A stretch of DNA of 63,987 bases, filler included, from Diploschistes diacapsis (lineage: Eukaryota), in the NCBI GenBank assembly GCA_023645945.1. It is 11 parts of 11 records of this genome, joined end to end, with 100 filler letters (N's around TTAATTAATTAA, not from the genome) between each part and the next. Parts side by side here need not be neighbours in the genome. Positions count along the whole stretch, not along the records: positions 34,070 to 37,810 come from JALAIB010001864.1; positions 37,911 to 41,647 come from JALAIB010001865.1; positions 41,748 to 45,467 come from JALAIB010001866.1; positions 45,568 to 49,276 come from JALAIB010001867.1; 7 more parts are not named here. The stretch is one strand, 5' to 3'. The position numbers were made by a program, and so were the translations under genes. Below are positions 35,003 through 48,230 of the stretch, in pieces. Each line of letters starts with the position of its first letter. The stretch's first letter is position 1. The notes under the pieces were generated by a model. That model was not told the DNA's origin. It did not search any database and saw only the letters and a list, made by a program, of their open reading frames with translations.

Positions 35003-36591
35003 GACGAGCTGGCTCTGCAAGATCCAGGTATCCTGGATGAGCGCGCTGAGCGGACGGTGCAGAAGAATGTCAAACAGAGTTGGTACGGGCGGATATGGGA
35101 CACGTTCGACAAATCCCCGGAAGAGCGAAAGTTCCTGTCCAAGCTCGACGCGGCCCTTCTCACTTTCGCCTCACTGGGCTACTTTGTCAAGTATCTGGAC
35201 CAGGCCAACATCAACAACGCCTTCGTTTCTGGCATGAAAGAAGATCTGGGCCTGTACGGAAACGAGCTCAAGTACATGGTCAGCGCGTGGACCGTCGGAT
35301 ATGTGCTGGGAGAAATTCCAAGTAATATAGTTCTTACCCGGATACGGCCATCGATATGGATTCCAGCCATGGAGATTACCTGGTCTGTCCTAACCATGCT
35401 CTTATCCAGATGCAACAGTGCGACTCAGGTATACGTACTTCGCTTCTTTGTGGGGCTCGCAGAGAGCACCTTCTATCCCGGAATGCAGTACATCATTGGA
35501 TGCTGGTATCGAAAGGATGAACTGGCGAAGCGGTCTTGCATCTTTCATACAAGCAGCGCCATTGCAACGATGGTTTCGGGTTATTTGATGGCAGCAGTCT
35601 ATAACCTTGGAGGCGTAGGTGATCTAACGGGCTGGCAATGGCTATTTATCATCGACGGCGTTATCTCCTTGCCCATCGCTATTACTGGATTCTTCTTCAT
35701 TCCGGATCTGACCGACAACTCCAGAGTGTGGTATCTCTCCGAAGAAGAGAGGGCCTATGCCAGGAAACGAATGCAACACGAAGGACGCAAGTCTCGGGAG
35801 CCTTACACAAGATCTAAAGTGGGGAAGATTGTAACATCGTGGCACATCTGGGGTCTGACACTCTTGTATGTGCTCTTCAACAACGGAAATTCCGCTGCTG
35901 CACCAGTCATGGCACAGTATTTGAAAGACTCGACACATCCAAAGTACACCGTGGCCCAGATTAATGTGTACCCAACCGGCACGTACGCGGTGCAGATTGT
36001 CACCACTCTGGCCTATGCCTGGTCCTCGGACACATTCCTGAACGGCCGCCGATGGCCCGCCGATCGTATTTGGGGGAGCAATGAACATCTTGACCTACGT
36101 GTCATTGGCGATCTGGAATATACCAGAAGGCTGGAGATGGGCATGCTACTGCCTGGCCGGGTTCGGTGGAGGCTTGTCCGGACTGTGCTTTGCTTGGGCA
36201 CATGAAATATGTGCGGATGACAATGAAGAGCGTGCTATTGTGGTAGCAACAATGAACGAAATGGCCTATGTGCTCCAGGCGTGGCTTCCTTTGATCGTAT
36301 GGCAGCAGGTGGATGCGCCCCGGTATCGAACTGGGTTCATCACCGTGGCTTGCCTGTCCTTTGTGCTGATAGTGACTGCGTTCGTATTAAGATCGGCTCA
36401 TCACAGACAGATTCGAAGGTTAGTTCGTTCCTCTGAGCGCTGGCAGATGGAGTTGACCTTTTATTCAAAGGCAGTTGGCTTTGAGCCAGGAACATGTTGA
36501 TCGATCTCGAACCTCGAGTGACAACGTGGATGTCGAGAGCTCAGGCACTTTGACGGTTGTGGGAAAGTCATACGCCGCTGACTGTCCATGA
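35003..36591 (+). CDS. MFS transporter, anion:cation symporter family (pantothenate transporter Fen2/Liz1-like); start unresolved, one frameshift
   Basis: YLDQANINNAFVSGMKEDL, GEIPSN, RFFVGLAESTFYPG, WYRKDELAKRSCIF, GWQWLFIIDG. Extra C at about 36056; last intron about 36419-36470. Confidence 0.85.
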
Positions 36592-36919
36592 TATATGGAA
36601 TTCCGGGCCTTTGGAAGCGGGGGAAAGTAGCTACTTTTAACGGCAGCTCTCTTGTGTGATTGGGTATGGCTTCAAGTTTTAGCGGGCTGCATCCTATCGG
36701 ATACGCGACGCATAGGTGTTTGCCCCCTTTAACATGCCATCAACATATGTTTTGAAATATTAGGCATGCTTTAAGTTGTTAGGCATGCTTCAATGTATTA
36801 GACATGATTCGAGGTACCAAATGCTGCCATACTACTAAGGCATGCGTCAAGGTGTCAGGTGTTGCACATGCTGTTGAGTCGTCACCGAAGGTGTTGGTAG
36901 ACGTAGACGTGGCTCTAAG

Positions 36920-37423
36920 ATGTTAGGCGATATTGAGCTCGAGAAAGAAGATGCCAGAATGATGGAAGAGCACGACAAAGCCCCCAAAGCCACCACCGCA
37001 CAGCAAATTCGATCAAGCAAGCAAAATGCCAAACAAGGAGTGAGGAAGGTTGAAAAAGACAAGCTGATCAAACAAATCGTGGATGTCGTGATCAAAGGAA
37101 GCTCTGCGTTCGCCCATACAGGTTTTTCCCGGTTGCGCCGCCAGGCTGAATATGAAGGAGGCCAGCCAACAACTGTCGAGCAAGCGCCAAGAGGCATACA
37201 AGATGCTACACAACCCTTGGCGAAACAAGCTAAGAAGATATTTGCCTGGTTTACAGGCTGGCACCGGAATAATAAGGCCCTGGGAAAAGAAATTGCGGGA
37301 GCGCACAAGCGCTACAAGAAGATGCTTGAAGCCTACGAGAGGGCCCAAGAGGATATGACAAAGACACGGAGCGCCACCACGGCGGAGTTGCAACAACATA
37401 CAAACGCCATCTTCTTGAGTTGA
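36920..37423 (+). CDS. Hypothetical charged helical protein (167 aa)
   Basis: ATG ORF rich in K/E/Q/A; no family recognised. Confidence 0.4.
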   Translation: MLGDIELEKEDARMMEEHDKAPKATTAQQIRSSKQNAKQGVRKVEKDKLIKQIVDVVIKGSSAFAHTGFSRLRRQAEYEGGQPTTVEQAPRGIQDATQPLAKQAKKIFAWFTGWHRNNKALGKEIAGAHKRYKKMLEAYERAQEDMTKTRSATTAELQQHTNAIFLS

Positions 37424-37631
37424 CCAAAGATGCTGGCTGGATATTGCCCCCACCAATAGAGCTATCCAGAGGTCTGCCTTTGGTGATGTACTTTGAAAGG
37501 AGACAGGGCTTGTAGAGTCGTAGCAGGAGTAACCAATCCGTAATCTGCCTCCTCCCATTCCCTCCATCACCTTTTCTACCCCTCCACAGAAAGTCCGCTC
37601 TCCAGCGACTTCCACCTGGCTATCATGTTAC

Positions 37632-37725
37632 TTACTTCATCTTCTTCTTCTCCTTAGCGTCCTTATTCCAGAATTTCGACTTGTACGCCGGCCACGTCGA
37701 GTAGTTCCAGGCTTTTACTAGAAAA
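37632..37725 (-). CDS. Terminal exon of an unidentified gene truncated by the contig end
   Basis: CTGAC branch and CAG acceptor, then FLVKAWNYSTWPAYKSKFWNKDAKEKKKMK*. Confidence 0.55.
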
Positions 37726-37910
37726 CTGTAACGGTGTCAGCCCTCATTCGTTCACTCCGTCCGTTGAAACACCGCTGCCTTTTTCACCCCCTGTCCCCCC
37801 TCCCCACTGCNNNNNNNNNNNNNNNNNNNNNNNNNNNNNNNNNNNNNNNNNNNNTTAATTAATTAANNNNNNNNNNNNNNNNNNNNNNNNNNNNNNNNNN
37901 NNNNNNNNNN

Positions 37911-38094
37911 GGGTAATTGTGAAGTTAGGGCTGGGGTGGCGGGGAGGAAAAGAAGTTAGCGGGTGCTTTGTAAGGGAGTGTGGCGGATGGTTAGGGAGAG
38001 GGAGAGGGAACGCGTACAGCCAAATTTCTTTGCGGCCGACGGGCGGGCGGAATTGTTTGGGGAGCAGGGTCTTGAGTGTGCCGCGCTTGGACAT
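37911..38094 (-). CDS. MRP20: 5' fragment of mitochondrial ribosomal protein uL23m
   Basis: MSKRGTLKTLLPKQFRPPVGRKEIWL, intron (GTACGC..GCTAAC..CAG), then PNFTIT. Resembles the GxKxIxLPNFTITL start of fungal uL23m. Confidence 0.6.
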
Positions 38095-38773
38095 GATGCT
38101 GAGCGGGCTACAGCGCCCAACGCCTTTGAATTTATAAAATAATCCTTTGGCGAATGTAGAGTCGCGCAGGGGGGTCGCTAAATGGCGCAGGCGGTACGGA
38201 ATGCGTCGAGACGCGGGCAGTAACGGAGGTCCACTGAGGGTTGCACCAGATACTATAGTACTATCGGGTCGCTAAAAACCAGTTATATAGCTTCGATGCG
38301 CATGAAATTCTGAAGGGAGATGCTAGAAACCCGCTGAGATGATGATCAAAATCGTATGAAGTTGGAGGAAGTCATGAATTTTTGTTTGTCTCTGTAGGAG
38401 CTTGGACCACCTGCTCTAATTTTTCTAGAATCATTGAACAATAGTCAGCTACCAGGCTAGGCAGGCTAGGAATATTTCCTAGTTAAGATTAGCTCGGAAT
38501 ATATCTTAGCTTCTTGTCTTTTTATTAGGAACCCTGCACCACTTTCAATCTCCAACTTTCCCAGAATATTCACGCCAGGAAATGAGAGGTTTTAGTATGT
38601 AGTCAACATTTCTTTATTCAATTCGATTGTTGCAAGGCTAAACGTATATTTTCTTTCTCTGTTTCTCTACCTATAATCGTTTGAATCCTGTATCTTACCG
38701 TTGGTGTTGAATGTAACTTTCTACTCGTATTCCTCTTCTGGAATCCTTCGAAGCTTTTGAAGACAGGTTCGGA

Positions 38774-41122
38774 ATGGCAGGCCCTATGCAGATTGATAGC
38801 CCGGGTCCAAAAGGGACAAAGAGAAAAGCCGAAGATGCCCGGTCACCACCACCCAAGCGAATTAAGGTGAACCAAGCTCGGATCACGGCTTCTGAAGCCA
38901 GCTGACAGACCGTCAGGCTCTCGATCAAGATGTAGTCAACAAGATTGCGGCTGGGGAGATTATAGTGGCTCCAATGCATGCCTTGAAGGAGTTGATCGAA
39001 AATTCTGTGGACGCAGGCTCCACTTCTCTTGAGATAACCGTCAAAGATGGGGGCTTGAAACTACTACAGATTACGGATAATGGACATGGCATTAATGTGT
39101 TACTCATCTGCCCACCTCGATATGAGCCTTATGCTGACCTACTTCAGAGAGACGATCTCCCCATTCTTTGTGAGCGATTCACCACATCGAAACTCAAAGC
39201 TTTTGAGGATCTGTCTTCCATAGCGACATACGGCTTCCGAGGCGAGGCCCTCGCAAGCATAAGCCATATCGCTCATCTGACCATTACAACTAAGACGGCT
39301 GACTCGAGCTGCGCTTGGCGAGCGTACTACATGGACGGCAAGCTTGCACCTCCAAAACCAGGTCAAGGCTCGGATCCGAAACCCATTGCTGGCAGGCCTG
39401 GCACCCAGATCACAGTATGAGGAGTACTTCGTAGCGCTGTCTTTAGCTTATAGTATCCAGGTCGAGGATCTTTTCTACAACGTGCCCCAACGTCAAAAGG
39501 CTTTCAAATCTCCAAGCGAAGAGTATGCGAAGATCCTCGATGTTGTAGGTCGATACGCAGTCCACTGCTCAGGCGTCGCCTTCACATGCAGAAAGCATGG
39601 CGAGTCGTCCATGAGTATATCGGTCTCTCCGACCTCCGGAACGATTGATAGGATCAGGCAGATCCATGGAGGTGCTGTTGCTAATGAGTTGGTAGAGTTC
39701 ATGGTCAGCGACAGTAAATGGGGCTTCAAAGCGTCAGGCTGGGCCACTAATGCCAACTATCATGTGAAGAAAACCACGATACTCCTGTTCATCAACCACA
39801 GATCAGTTGATTCTTCTGCTCTAAAGGCTGCCATCCAACGGACATACTCAATTTTCCTCCCGAAAGGAGGGCATCCTTTCGTGTACTTAAGCCTGGAGAT
39901 CGATCCGCAGCGAGTTGATGTCAACGTGCACCCGACGAAACGAGAGGTGAACTTCCTAAACGAGGACGAGATCATCGAGATGATATGTGACAGCATAAGC
40001 ACAGAGCTTTCGAAAATCGACACGTCAAGGACATTCATGACCCAGTCGCTGCTTCCTGGCACTCGCGTTCCCTCAGCATCCATCGTGAACTCAAATAGGA
40101 CTACGTCTTCGGCTTCCAAATCAGCAACGCCTCGCCTAACCCCAGGATCTAAGCCAAATTCAACCCCCAAGCCCTATGAAAACAATCTGGTGCGCACGGA
40201 TCCTTCACTGCGCAAGATTACCTCCATGTTACGACACGATACCCAGGATGTTGGCGACTCGACTGCGCAAGACCTTATATATCGGACCATTGACCGTCCT
40301 CATATGCAAATACGTTTTTCTAGTATCAAAGAGCTTCGCAGCCTAGTCCAATCATCGATGCACGGCGGCTTGACGGAGGTTTTCGCGACGCACACCTACG
40401 TAGGTATGGTTGACACTGCCCGCCGCATAGTGGCTATTCAATCCGGCGTCAAATTATATCTCGTCGACTACGGCATGATCTGTAACGAGTACTTCTACCA
40501 AATCGGACTAACCGACTTTGGTAACTTCGGCTCAATAGAGTTGGAGCAGCCCCTTGATATCCGGGCTTTGATCAAGGTAGCTGCAGATGCCGAAATGCGA
40601 GCATCCGGCGACACGATCGACCTCTCGCAAGTACCGGACAGGGTGACGGCAACTCTAATCGCGAAGCGAGAAATGATATTCGACTACTTCAACATAGGCG
40701 TCTCCAAGCGCGGCCAGCTAGAATGCATCCCTCTCCTCGTCAAAGGTTACATGCCATCTCTGGCTAAGCTTCCAAGGTTCCTCATGCGGCTCGGTCCTTG
40801 CGTTAACTGGACTAAGGAGCGGGAGTGCTTCGACACGCTACTTACGGAGCTTGCAAGTTTCTACACGCCGGAGCAGCTACCAAATCCGCCTGAGAAGAAC
40901 ATCGATAGGCAGAATTCGCCCGAAAATGGCGAAGAAAGTCCTGACATGGATGCCCAAGAAGACCAAGAAATTAAACGCCGACGTGAGCAGGTCTCGCACA
41001 TGCTGGAACATGTGCTGTTCCCCGCCTTCAAGTCCAGGCTGGTGGCAACGAGGGGCCTGTTGAAGGGGGTAGTGGAAGTCGCTAATTTGAGGGGGCTATA
41101 CCGGGTGTTTGAACGTTGTTGA
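38774..41122 (+). CDS. MLH1: DNA mismatch repair protein MutL homolog 1
   Basis: [49 protein letters not shown]-terminal LYRVFERC. Three introns (about 38867-38916, 39097-39147, 39415-39460). Confidence 0.97.
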
Positions 41123-41747
41123 GAGCGTCCCTTATATGTGCTGCTACCCATAACCACGATGTTGCATATGCTTTGGGGAATCTAGAAGGGCTTATACGAG
41201 CTATACGTGTTCAACGTCACAATATCCGAGTTCGAGCTATAGCATACGGTTGGCTATCAGCGGCTATCAAAGGGTAGGAGGGGGGATACTGGAGCTTGTC
41301 TTTACTAATGGAGACGTTACATGCGCTGGACGCAAACCAAAAAACCATCTTTGATGTACCGTAAAATATGTATCGTCGGTGCATTTTGCAAGCTAGCACC
41401 CCCAATGCATGCCATCATTCAATCGTACAAGTTTCCTCCCTAACCTAGCAGGCGCCAGGCCATTCAACGCCACAAGCTCGCTCCAAACCCACCCATGCAA
41501 GAAACTGGCCAGTGCCTTTCCAATGCCGTCCCAGCCATGCACGCACAAGATCGAGCACTAAGAACACATACACAAACACGTTTTAATGCTCCTTCACATC
41601 ACCATTCCTCGCCCTTCCCTCGAATCACTTCGCCCTCCGCTCCCTCCNNNNNNNNNNNNNNNNNNNNNNNNNNNNNNNNNNNNNNNNNNNNTTAATTAAT
41701 TAANNNNNNNNNNNNNNNNNNNNNNNNNNNNNNNNNNNNNNNNNNNN

Positions 41748-41915
41748 GGGGAGAGCTGATGGGGGTAGCGGCATATGATTTGGGGAGGTTCTTTGTGAGG
41801 AAGCAAGGGTCGGGCGAGAGGGAGAAGGAGACAAACCTGGTGCGCCGTGGTGGCCTTTGAACTTGATCATCGGGATGTAGCCCTGGGCTGCGCGGAAGAC
41901 CCGAGTTTGAAGCAT
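41748..41915 (-). CDS. 5' fragment of a small mitochondrial protein, possibly YMR31/KGD4-like
   Basis: MLQTRVFRAAQGYIPMIKFKG resembles a presequence plus a PMIKF-x-G motif. Followed by a GT donor and the contig end. Confidence 0.35.
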
Positions 41916-43390
41916 CTTGGCTATTTAATGTGCAGAAGTATGTGGGAGTGAGGCCTGCGGGTTGGCAGAGCTGCAGCAAGGAGAGGCAAAGGGTCCCTGT
42001 CTGTAGACTGAGAGATGGCTCAGAGATATTCGATGGATGCGCGTGGAAAGACTTTCGACTTTCCTGGGCAGGCGGCGCTTTGTTTTGGGTCGAGAGTGAG
42101 AAGGTTTTTCTTTATGAGGCGGTATCGGGCTGGAGCTAGGTTTGTTGAGTGCAACGGCGGTTTATGGTCGAGCAAGTTCTGACGGGGCGTCGTATTCTTT
42201 AACCAGAGCAGAGCCTTAGTGTTTGCTGGGTGTTGCCAGAAGCTGTAGAATGAGTCTTGGAATTGAATGCTGAAGTAAAAACATATGACGAGAGAAATTG
42301 AGTAAGAGGGGGAAGCTTGTGATTGCTGCTATACAAGTACGTGAAGCTTGAAAAATCTCCCCAAGTCCGGGTTCCCTATCTAAGCTATCTATCTTACTTT
42401 CCGGGAAATTCTCTTGCGTGAGGACCGGGGGGAGCTAAAGCCGAATGGATGCCCCCACAATCAATCAACGAGAAGTTTTACAAATGCCCCATGAGGTAAG
42501 GTATCTCGAAGCGGGTCCCCTCACCCCCTCCCCGGGGGTTTACCGAGGTGCCCGAGAGGAATTAAAAAAGCCCTGTCGATACGCAACGTTTCGGCATGCG
42601 ACAAATGAATGGGAAACACGCGTAGTTACCTGTCAGGTATCGGTATCGGTATCGGAGAAGTGTCACAATCCTGTAATGCGTAAGCCCATGGCCCCCCTAA
42701 CCACCCCACTTTTTGTTGGGAGCTACAACCTTGGAGCCTGTGCCGGTAACAAGGCATCGGATACGAAGAGGCTGATAGTATTGAAGTCTGTGCTTGGTAG
42801 TCACTGATGCTTCACGTGACAGTGCGATGTTGGAGCAAACTTCGCAAACAATCTTTTGATTCCCCCTCCCCAGTAGACTGCGCTGGCGCTCCGTATCCCA
42901 AGCGGGTTCGGGAGCCGACCAGCCGCCAAATGTACCAACTACCTGCAATCATAGATGCTTGTACAGCATCCTCCCCCAGTCTTCTCGGCCCACGACAAAA
43001 AGAAAACCCGCCTCGGGGCTGTCTGGCGCTTTTCGTACAATGAGCTTCCATGCTCAAAACAGCAATCCACCAGCCACGGCACCGCTACCTCCCATGTCTA
43101 TTGACCGTAACCCATTTCCCCCATCCGTTCCGGCCCGGTTGGAATGCAGGAGCTCTCCTTGAGCTGTGGCTCTGCAATACCGAACCATGGGCGAGGCGCC
43201 GGGTTGCCCTCTGGTGTGACCCTCTATAGCGACTCCCTTTCCCGTAGTACAACCATCATGGTACAACTTGTACAAGCAACAGGCACCCAACAAAAGAAAA
43301 TAAATCGTCAAAGGAGCGTGGTCGGATCTCGTTTGTCCCGTGTTGGTACCGTCAAAGTCGTTGGGATCGTAAATCATAGCAATGAGCCCG

Positions 43391-45037
43391 TCAAGCTTGA
43401 GAGCGGCCAAAGGCGACGCTGCTGGGCAAGACCCCCTGCAAGAATCTCCAAAAGGCGCGCTTCCGGCTGGGTCGTGCAAGCGCGCACGGCTTGACCTGCT
43501 CCATGGGACCGATGATGCCGGTCTCGTTGGCCTTGGGGAACTTGCCCTCGCTTTGAGGTCCGTTGAAGGTCGGTAACTTCGCCAGCGACAGAGGAACCTG
43601 ATCCGACTCATGCTGGGAAGCTTGCAGTTCCTCTTCGGAATTTCGGGGTACCGAGGCCAGACCCTGTTCGTGATTGCGTTTCCACGTCGCATCGATCGCG
43701 GCCCACTTTTCCTCCGTCCAGCGATATGTCGTCGAGGTCGTGCTGTGGACCTCGGCCGCTCGTGCAAGATGTTTGACATAGTTGCAGCGAGCCGTCTCCC
43801 AGTCCACGCGAAGACGCTTGCAGTCCTCAAGACTGGTGGGTCGGGGCAGCGAGTAAGGTTCCGGCTCGATTGCGAAATTGAAGTGACCGAGCTTGGCTGT
43901 CCACTCGTCCTGCAGCTCCACCAGCCTAATGGCCGGTATCTCCGACGAAGGGATGATGGGCCGGTGGTGGAATGAAGCGATCGAGGGCTTGGTCGACAAA
44001 GGCGGCGATGGGAGCCCACTGTAGGGAGATGGGCAGTCGAAGGGACTATGCGGAACGCTTGGCGCCTCGGCAATGGTGGGTGACTGCAGGGGAGATTGTA
44101 CGGGTCCGTCTTCGCTCGCCAAGGCCATTACTGGAGGGAGCAGCGGTGTGCGCGCCAGACTTTTTGGTCGCGCGTCTTCATCATATGCTTCTTGGTGGTC
44201 GGATGGGTCCGGTGGCTGTGTAGCATCGTGTTGGGAGCTCTCGATCAGGCCGCTTTGGGAAGGCGTAAGCGGCGTCGGGGGCTCCCGCTGATCGAGCTGG
44301 TTGAGCTTGACGTCGAGGATGCTGGGCGACTTCATTGAGCTGGCCCTCGACCGAGTCGTAGTGGACTCGAAGCCGCTGTCCGGAATGGACGAGCTTCGTT
44401 GGTCCTTTCTGCTTTTCCATTTGCGCGTCAGGCTAGGGAGACGTGTGCTGATGCGCCACTGAATAGCATTGAACGACGACGGTTCATCGGCGCAATGTCG
44501 CTTGGACGCGGCAAAGTCGAAGTCGCTGGCTTCGAGCGGCGGGGTATCGACCCAGTCGTAGTCTGCGACAGAATTGGTACTCCTTTCGAGATACTCCGAG
44601 ATGGAAAGTTCTTCGTGGTGTTCCACCCTAGTGCCTAGAAGCAGTCAGCTTGTCACGTTATCGCCGTAGTGGCGCTAAAAGAAAATTTCGAACTCACTCT
44701 GAAAATCACGTGGGAACGCGTCAATCATCTCGAACTGATCGCCTCTTTCCTGACCAGTTTCCTCCGGTACCTCCGTCAAAGGGCGCTTGGAAGAGTAGTC
44801 TTCCAGCGACGACCGCATTGTGGGTGACGAGGCAAGCGGGGAACTGGGAGAGAAGGGCGTGAGCTGGCTGCGCAGCGAGAAGGTTGGCGAAACGGGTGGC
44901 TGGTCTGAGACTGTGGGAGAATGCGCGGTATGCGAAGAAGTACTGGACTGTCGCCCTGATTGTGCTGTATATACCAACGTTGCGTTGTCGCGTGCTTCTA
45001 CTAGCCGGGGAAGACGGAGCTCGCGTAGATCACGCAT
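43391..45037 (-). CDS. Conserved fungal Pro/Ser-rich uncharacterised protein
   Basis: Intron about 44635-44697 joins two ORFs. Conserved-looking block DEWTAKLGHFNFAIEPEPY...DWETARCNY...TEEKWAAIDATW and GKFP...IIGPM. Confidence 0.8.
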
Positions 45038-46081
45038 AATTTCGGCAAAGATGGTGGAGATTTTTGACTTTGAAGCATAAGTAACCTCAAAGATATTTCA
45101 TGATCAGTCTTGTGAGGGGAACATGGATGCATTTATCGTGGATGGATCTGGAATATGCGTGACTGCGTGAAGAGAGACGACTGTTAGCCCGGATACTGCT
45201 CGCCACGTAGGCCAGCCGGAGATCTTGAGGAAGCAGAGCGAACGGGAGGGTGAGGTAAGCAAGCAGGGAGAAAGGCAGAGCGGTGTGGATGGGGTGAATG
45301 GCAGTTAGGGAGCTCTGCGCTTTTTGAGCGAGTTGTACATGATAGGACGGACAGCTGCTTTCTTCATGCCTGAATTCGCAGAGGGCAAGGAAACATGGCC
45401 GGCCACATGGCATAGGATGAGTGAAATAAGGAACTGGCCAGGAATGGCCAAGGGGGGGGGGGGGGGANNNNNNNNNNNNNNNNNNNNNNNNNNNNNNNNN
45501 NNNNNNNNNNNTTAATTAATTAANNNNNNNNNNNNNNNNNNNNNNNNNNNNNNNNNNNNNNNNNNNNTGCCACCCCATGTATCTGTTTACCCCAAACACG
45601 CCAAGCAGAAAAAAAAAAGAAAAAAAAGAAAAGGAAAAAGAAAAAGAGGGGATCGAGCGGACATGATGCCATCACATCATCCCCGCTGAGAAAAACTGGC
45701 CGTGGAACACCCAGTCCAGTCCAGCCCCCCCAACGCCGGGCAGTGCTCGGCCGTGGCTCCGTGTCTCGTTCCAAGCGTGAAGAATCATCCATCGTCGTCG
45801 GCGTCGGCGCTTTTGTGCAAGAGCGCGCGCCAGGGGTTCCCGCGGAAGAGCAGGAGGAGGAGGAGGAGGAGGAGGAAAAGCAAACAAAGCAACCGCGCCG
45901 CCTCCCGCTCCGTTCCGGCTCCGTTCGGCTGTGCAAGACTGCTTCCGTCGTTCGCATGTGCGCCCGACTCCTCCCCTGTAAACTGTGCATGCCTTTCCTT
46001 TCTTGCCCCTTTCGTCGATGCCCTGCCTCACGGTGGCCGCCGGCGTGATGCCCCGCATGCGCGTGTGCCGCGGTATCCTTT

Positions 46082-47416
46082 TCAAAGCCTCCGCAAGCCG
46101 ATACGGGGCTTGTTTTTCGCTGCTGCTGCTGCCGCCGCCGCGCTCGCCTTCTTCGGGGCCGGGCCGATGGATGCGCTCTTCGCGCCCAGGCCCAGGCCCA
46201 GACCCTGACCCTGACCCATGGGCGCAGGCTTGAGCTTTTCCGGCAAGGCAGCGGCTTGGCGTGGGGGGCTTCCTCGTGCCTCGGCCACGTTCTCTTTGCC
46301 CTCTTCGGAAAAGGCGCGCTTTTTCGATGGCGGTTGGTCGGCTTCGATGGGGTTGGCGTTGAGGCTGTAGCCCGCGTTGAGCGTGGGGATTCCGGTGAAC
46401 GCAAAGCTGGAAAGGGCGTGGGCTTCGCTCGAGCGGTCGGCTGAGCGGGCGTGGGGCACGGCGTGGCGGCGAGACGAGTGGGGCTCGCCTGCGAAGGAGG
46501 CGGAGGCGGGTGTTTTGGCGGCGCTCGCGCACGTTGGGGGGAGGTTCGAGAAGGATAGGGACGAGAGGCCCTGCGAGAGGTTTGGGGTGTTGGCGACGAT
46601 GTTCTTCTCCGAAGCGCTTAAGCCGCGTTGCTGCTCGTCCTCGGAGGGCGGCTCTTCTGGGGTTGGGAGGTCGGAGAGCGGGCGCTTGCCGAGCACGGTG
46701 TTGCGACGGACAGGAAGGGTCGGTGGGGGCGACACGGGCGAGGGCGATATTGAGGGGTCGTTCTCTTTCGAGGCGGAGCTTTCGTCATCTTCGACGTCGG
46801 ACTGGTCTCCTGATTCGAAGATTTTGATTCTTTGCTTTGGCTTTTCCTCGCCGCGTGTTCTTGCATCGGCGACTGCGGCCTTGAGGTTGGGTGGGATCCT
46901 TGCATGTATGGAGGTCATCAGCCTTGCCTTGCGGGCAAACGAGTCAAAGTCCTCCTGGAGGAGTTTGCCGGCTTCGGAATTGAGTGCGGAGTCGGGGTTT
47001 GGGTTAATGAGTAGACAAGCGATAGTGACTAAGATATCGCGCAGAGTGAGCTTTGGCTGCCAATCTCTCTTCAGTGTATCCAAGCAAACGCTGCCGGTGG
47101 CTTCTTCCACGTTGGGATGATATATTTTGGTCCTGAATGCAGCTTTCGGTGGGCTTTTTGGATAGTCAAGAGGCATTTTTAGGTGTAGCTTCCATACCCC
47201 CTCCGCATAAGGCGTGCCTTGGGGTCCAGCCAGCATGATCGTGAGTTGGGTAAGGTCATCCGGCATTGCGCAGGAAGAGTTCGCAAGGTGGAGGTAGTAA
47301 GGAGGCAATTCTCGTTTATGAAGAGCAGCATGATCCGAAGCCAATCGGCGCAGGCTTGATGAATTCTGCATCAGTGTCAATGAACGATTCTCAATTTACT
47401 ACAGCATACTCACCAT
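46082..47416 (-). CDS. UBE2S: Ubiquitin-conjugating enzyme E2 S-like with long disordered C-terminal extension
   Basis: ATG-only first coding exon, intron 47366-47413; GPQGTPY, YHPNV, catalytic VCLDTLK, NPDSALN, C-terminal GLRRL. Confidence 0.88.
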
Positions 47417-48230
47417 CTTGGAATGAAACGAGGCAAGGCGCGGAAAGTTGGTTAGTCAGTGATGTGACTGATAATATGTAGAATTAGAATAAATGAAGCA
47501 AGTCGAAGAGCCGCGCCCTGCAAAAAAACAAAGTGAATCCAGAGCAACGTGGGTTATGGTTGAGTACAGTAGTAACTCGAGCAACAGCAAGATTACCGAA
47601 GGTTCTTATGAGTTCACCTGGTTGTTGATTTCGTCAATCGAGAGCGGGCGTCGCGGAGAAAACATACGACGGTCACCGGCGGAAACACGCGACAGAGCCG
47701 CTACGCTAACTCGAGATAAACAACAACATTCTATCTACCTCTGTAGAACCGCAGTTTCCGAACAGATAACTGATTGGGTAGGAACTTCCACAAAGTCAAC
47801 GCTCGAGCAAGTGCTATTCAATTTTATGACGGGTCTTGGAGATGAACGAAAAGAGACGAATAACGCGTCGAAATGTCGACAAAACGCGCTGATATGCATT
47901 CCCTCACCAGAAGTCTGGTCATGCAATCCGGTTCAAGCTTTCGCTGATCAACCTTAACACCTCGATATCGATGGAAGAAGTCACTTCAACATAGTAGAAC
48001 ATACTGGACTAAATTGTGAGAGAGTCATGAAATTCAAGGCCCTTGAAAGCTGCTCACAGGCTAGGCTAGGCATTCCGGAACTGAATGCAGTGTGTTCGAC
48101 GTGATATTCACTTGTCGCGTTGCTTTTGCTCTAGTCCAGTAGCTTCGTTATGCTGCTAGGCTGGCTGGATCTAGCACCTCTTAAACGAACGTATCGCGAA
48201 CCGGGATCTGCGAATATGTTACTGCTCTCT

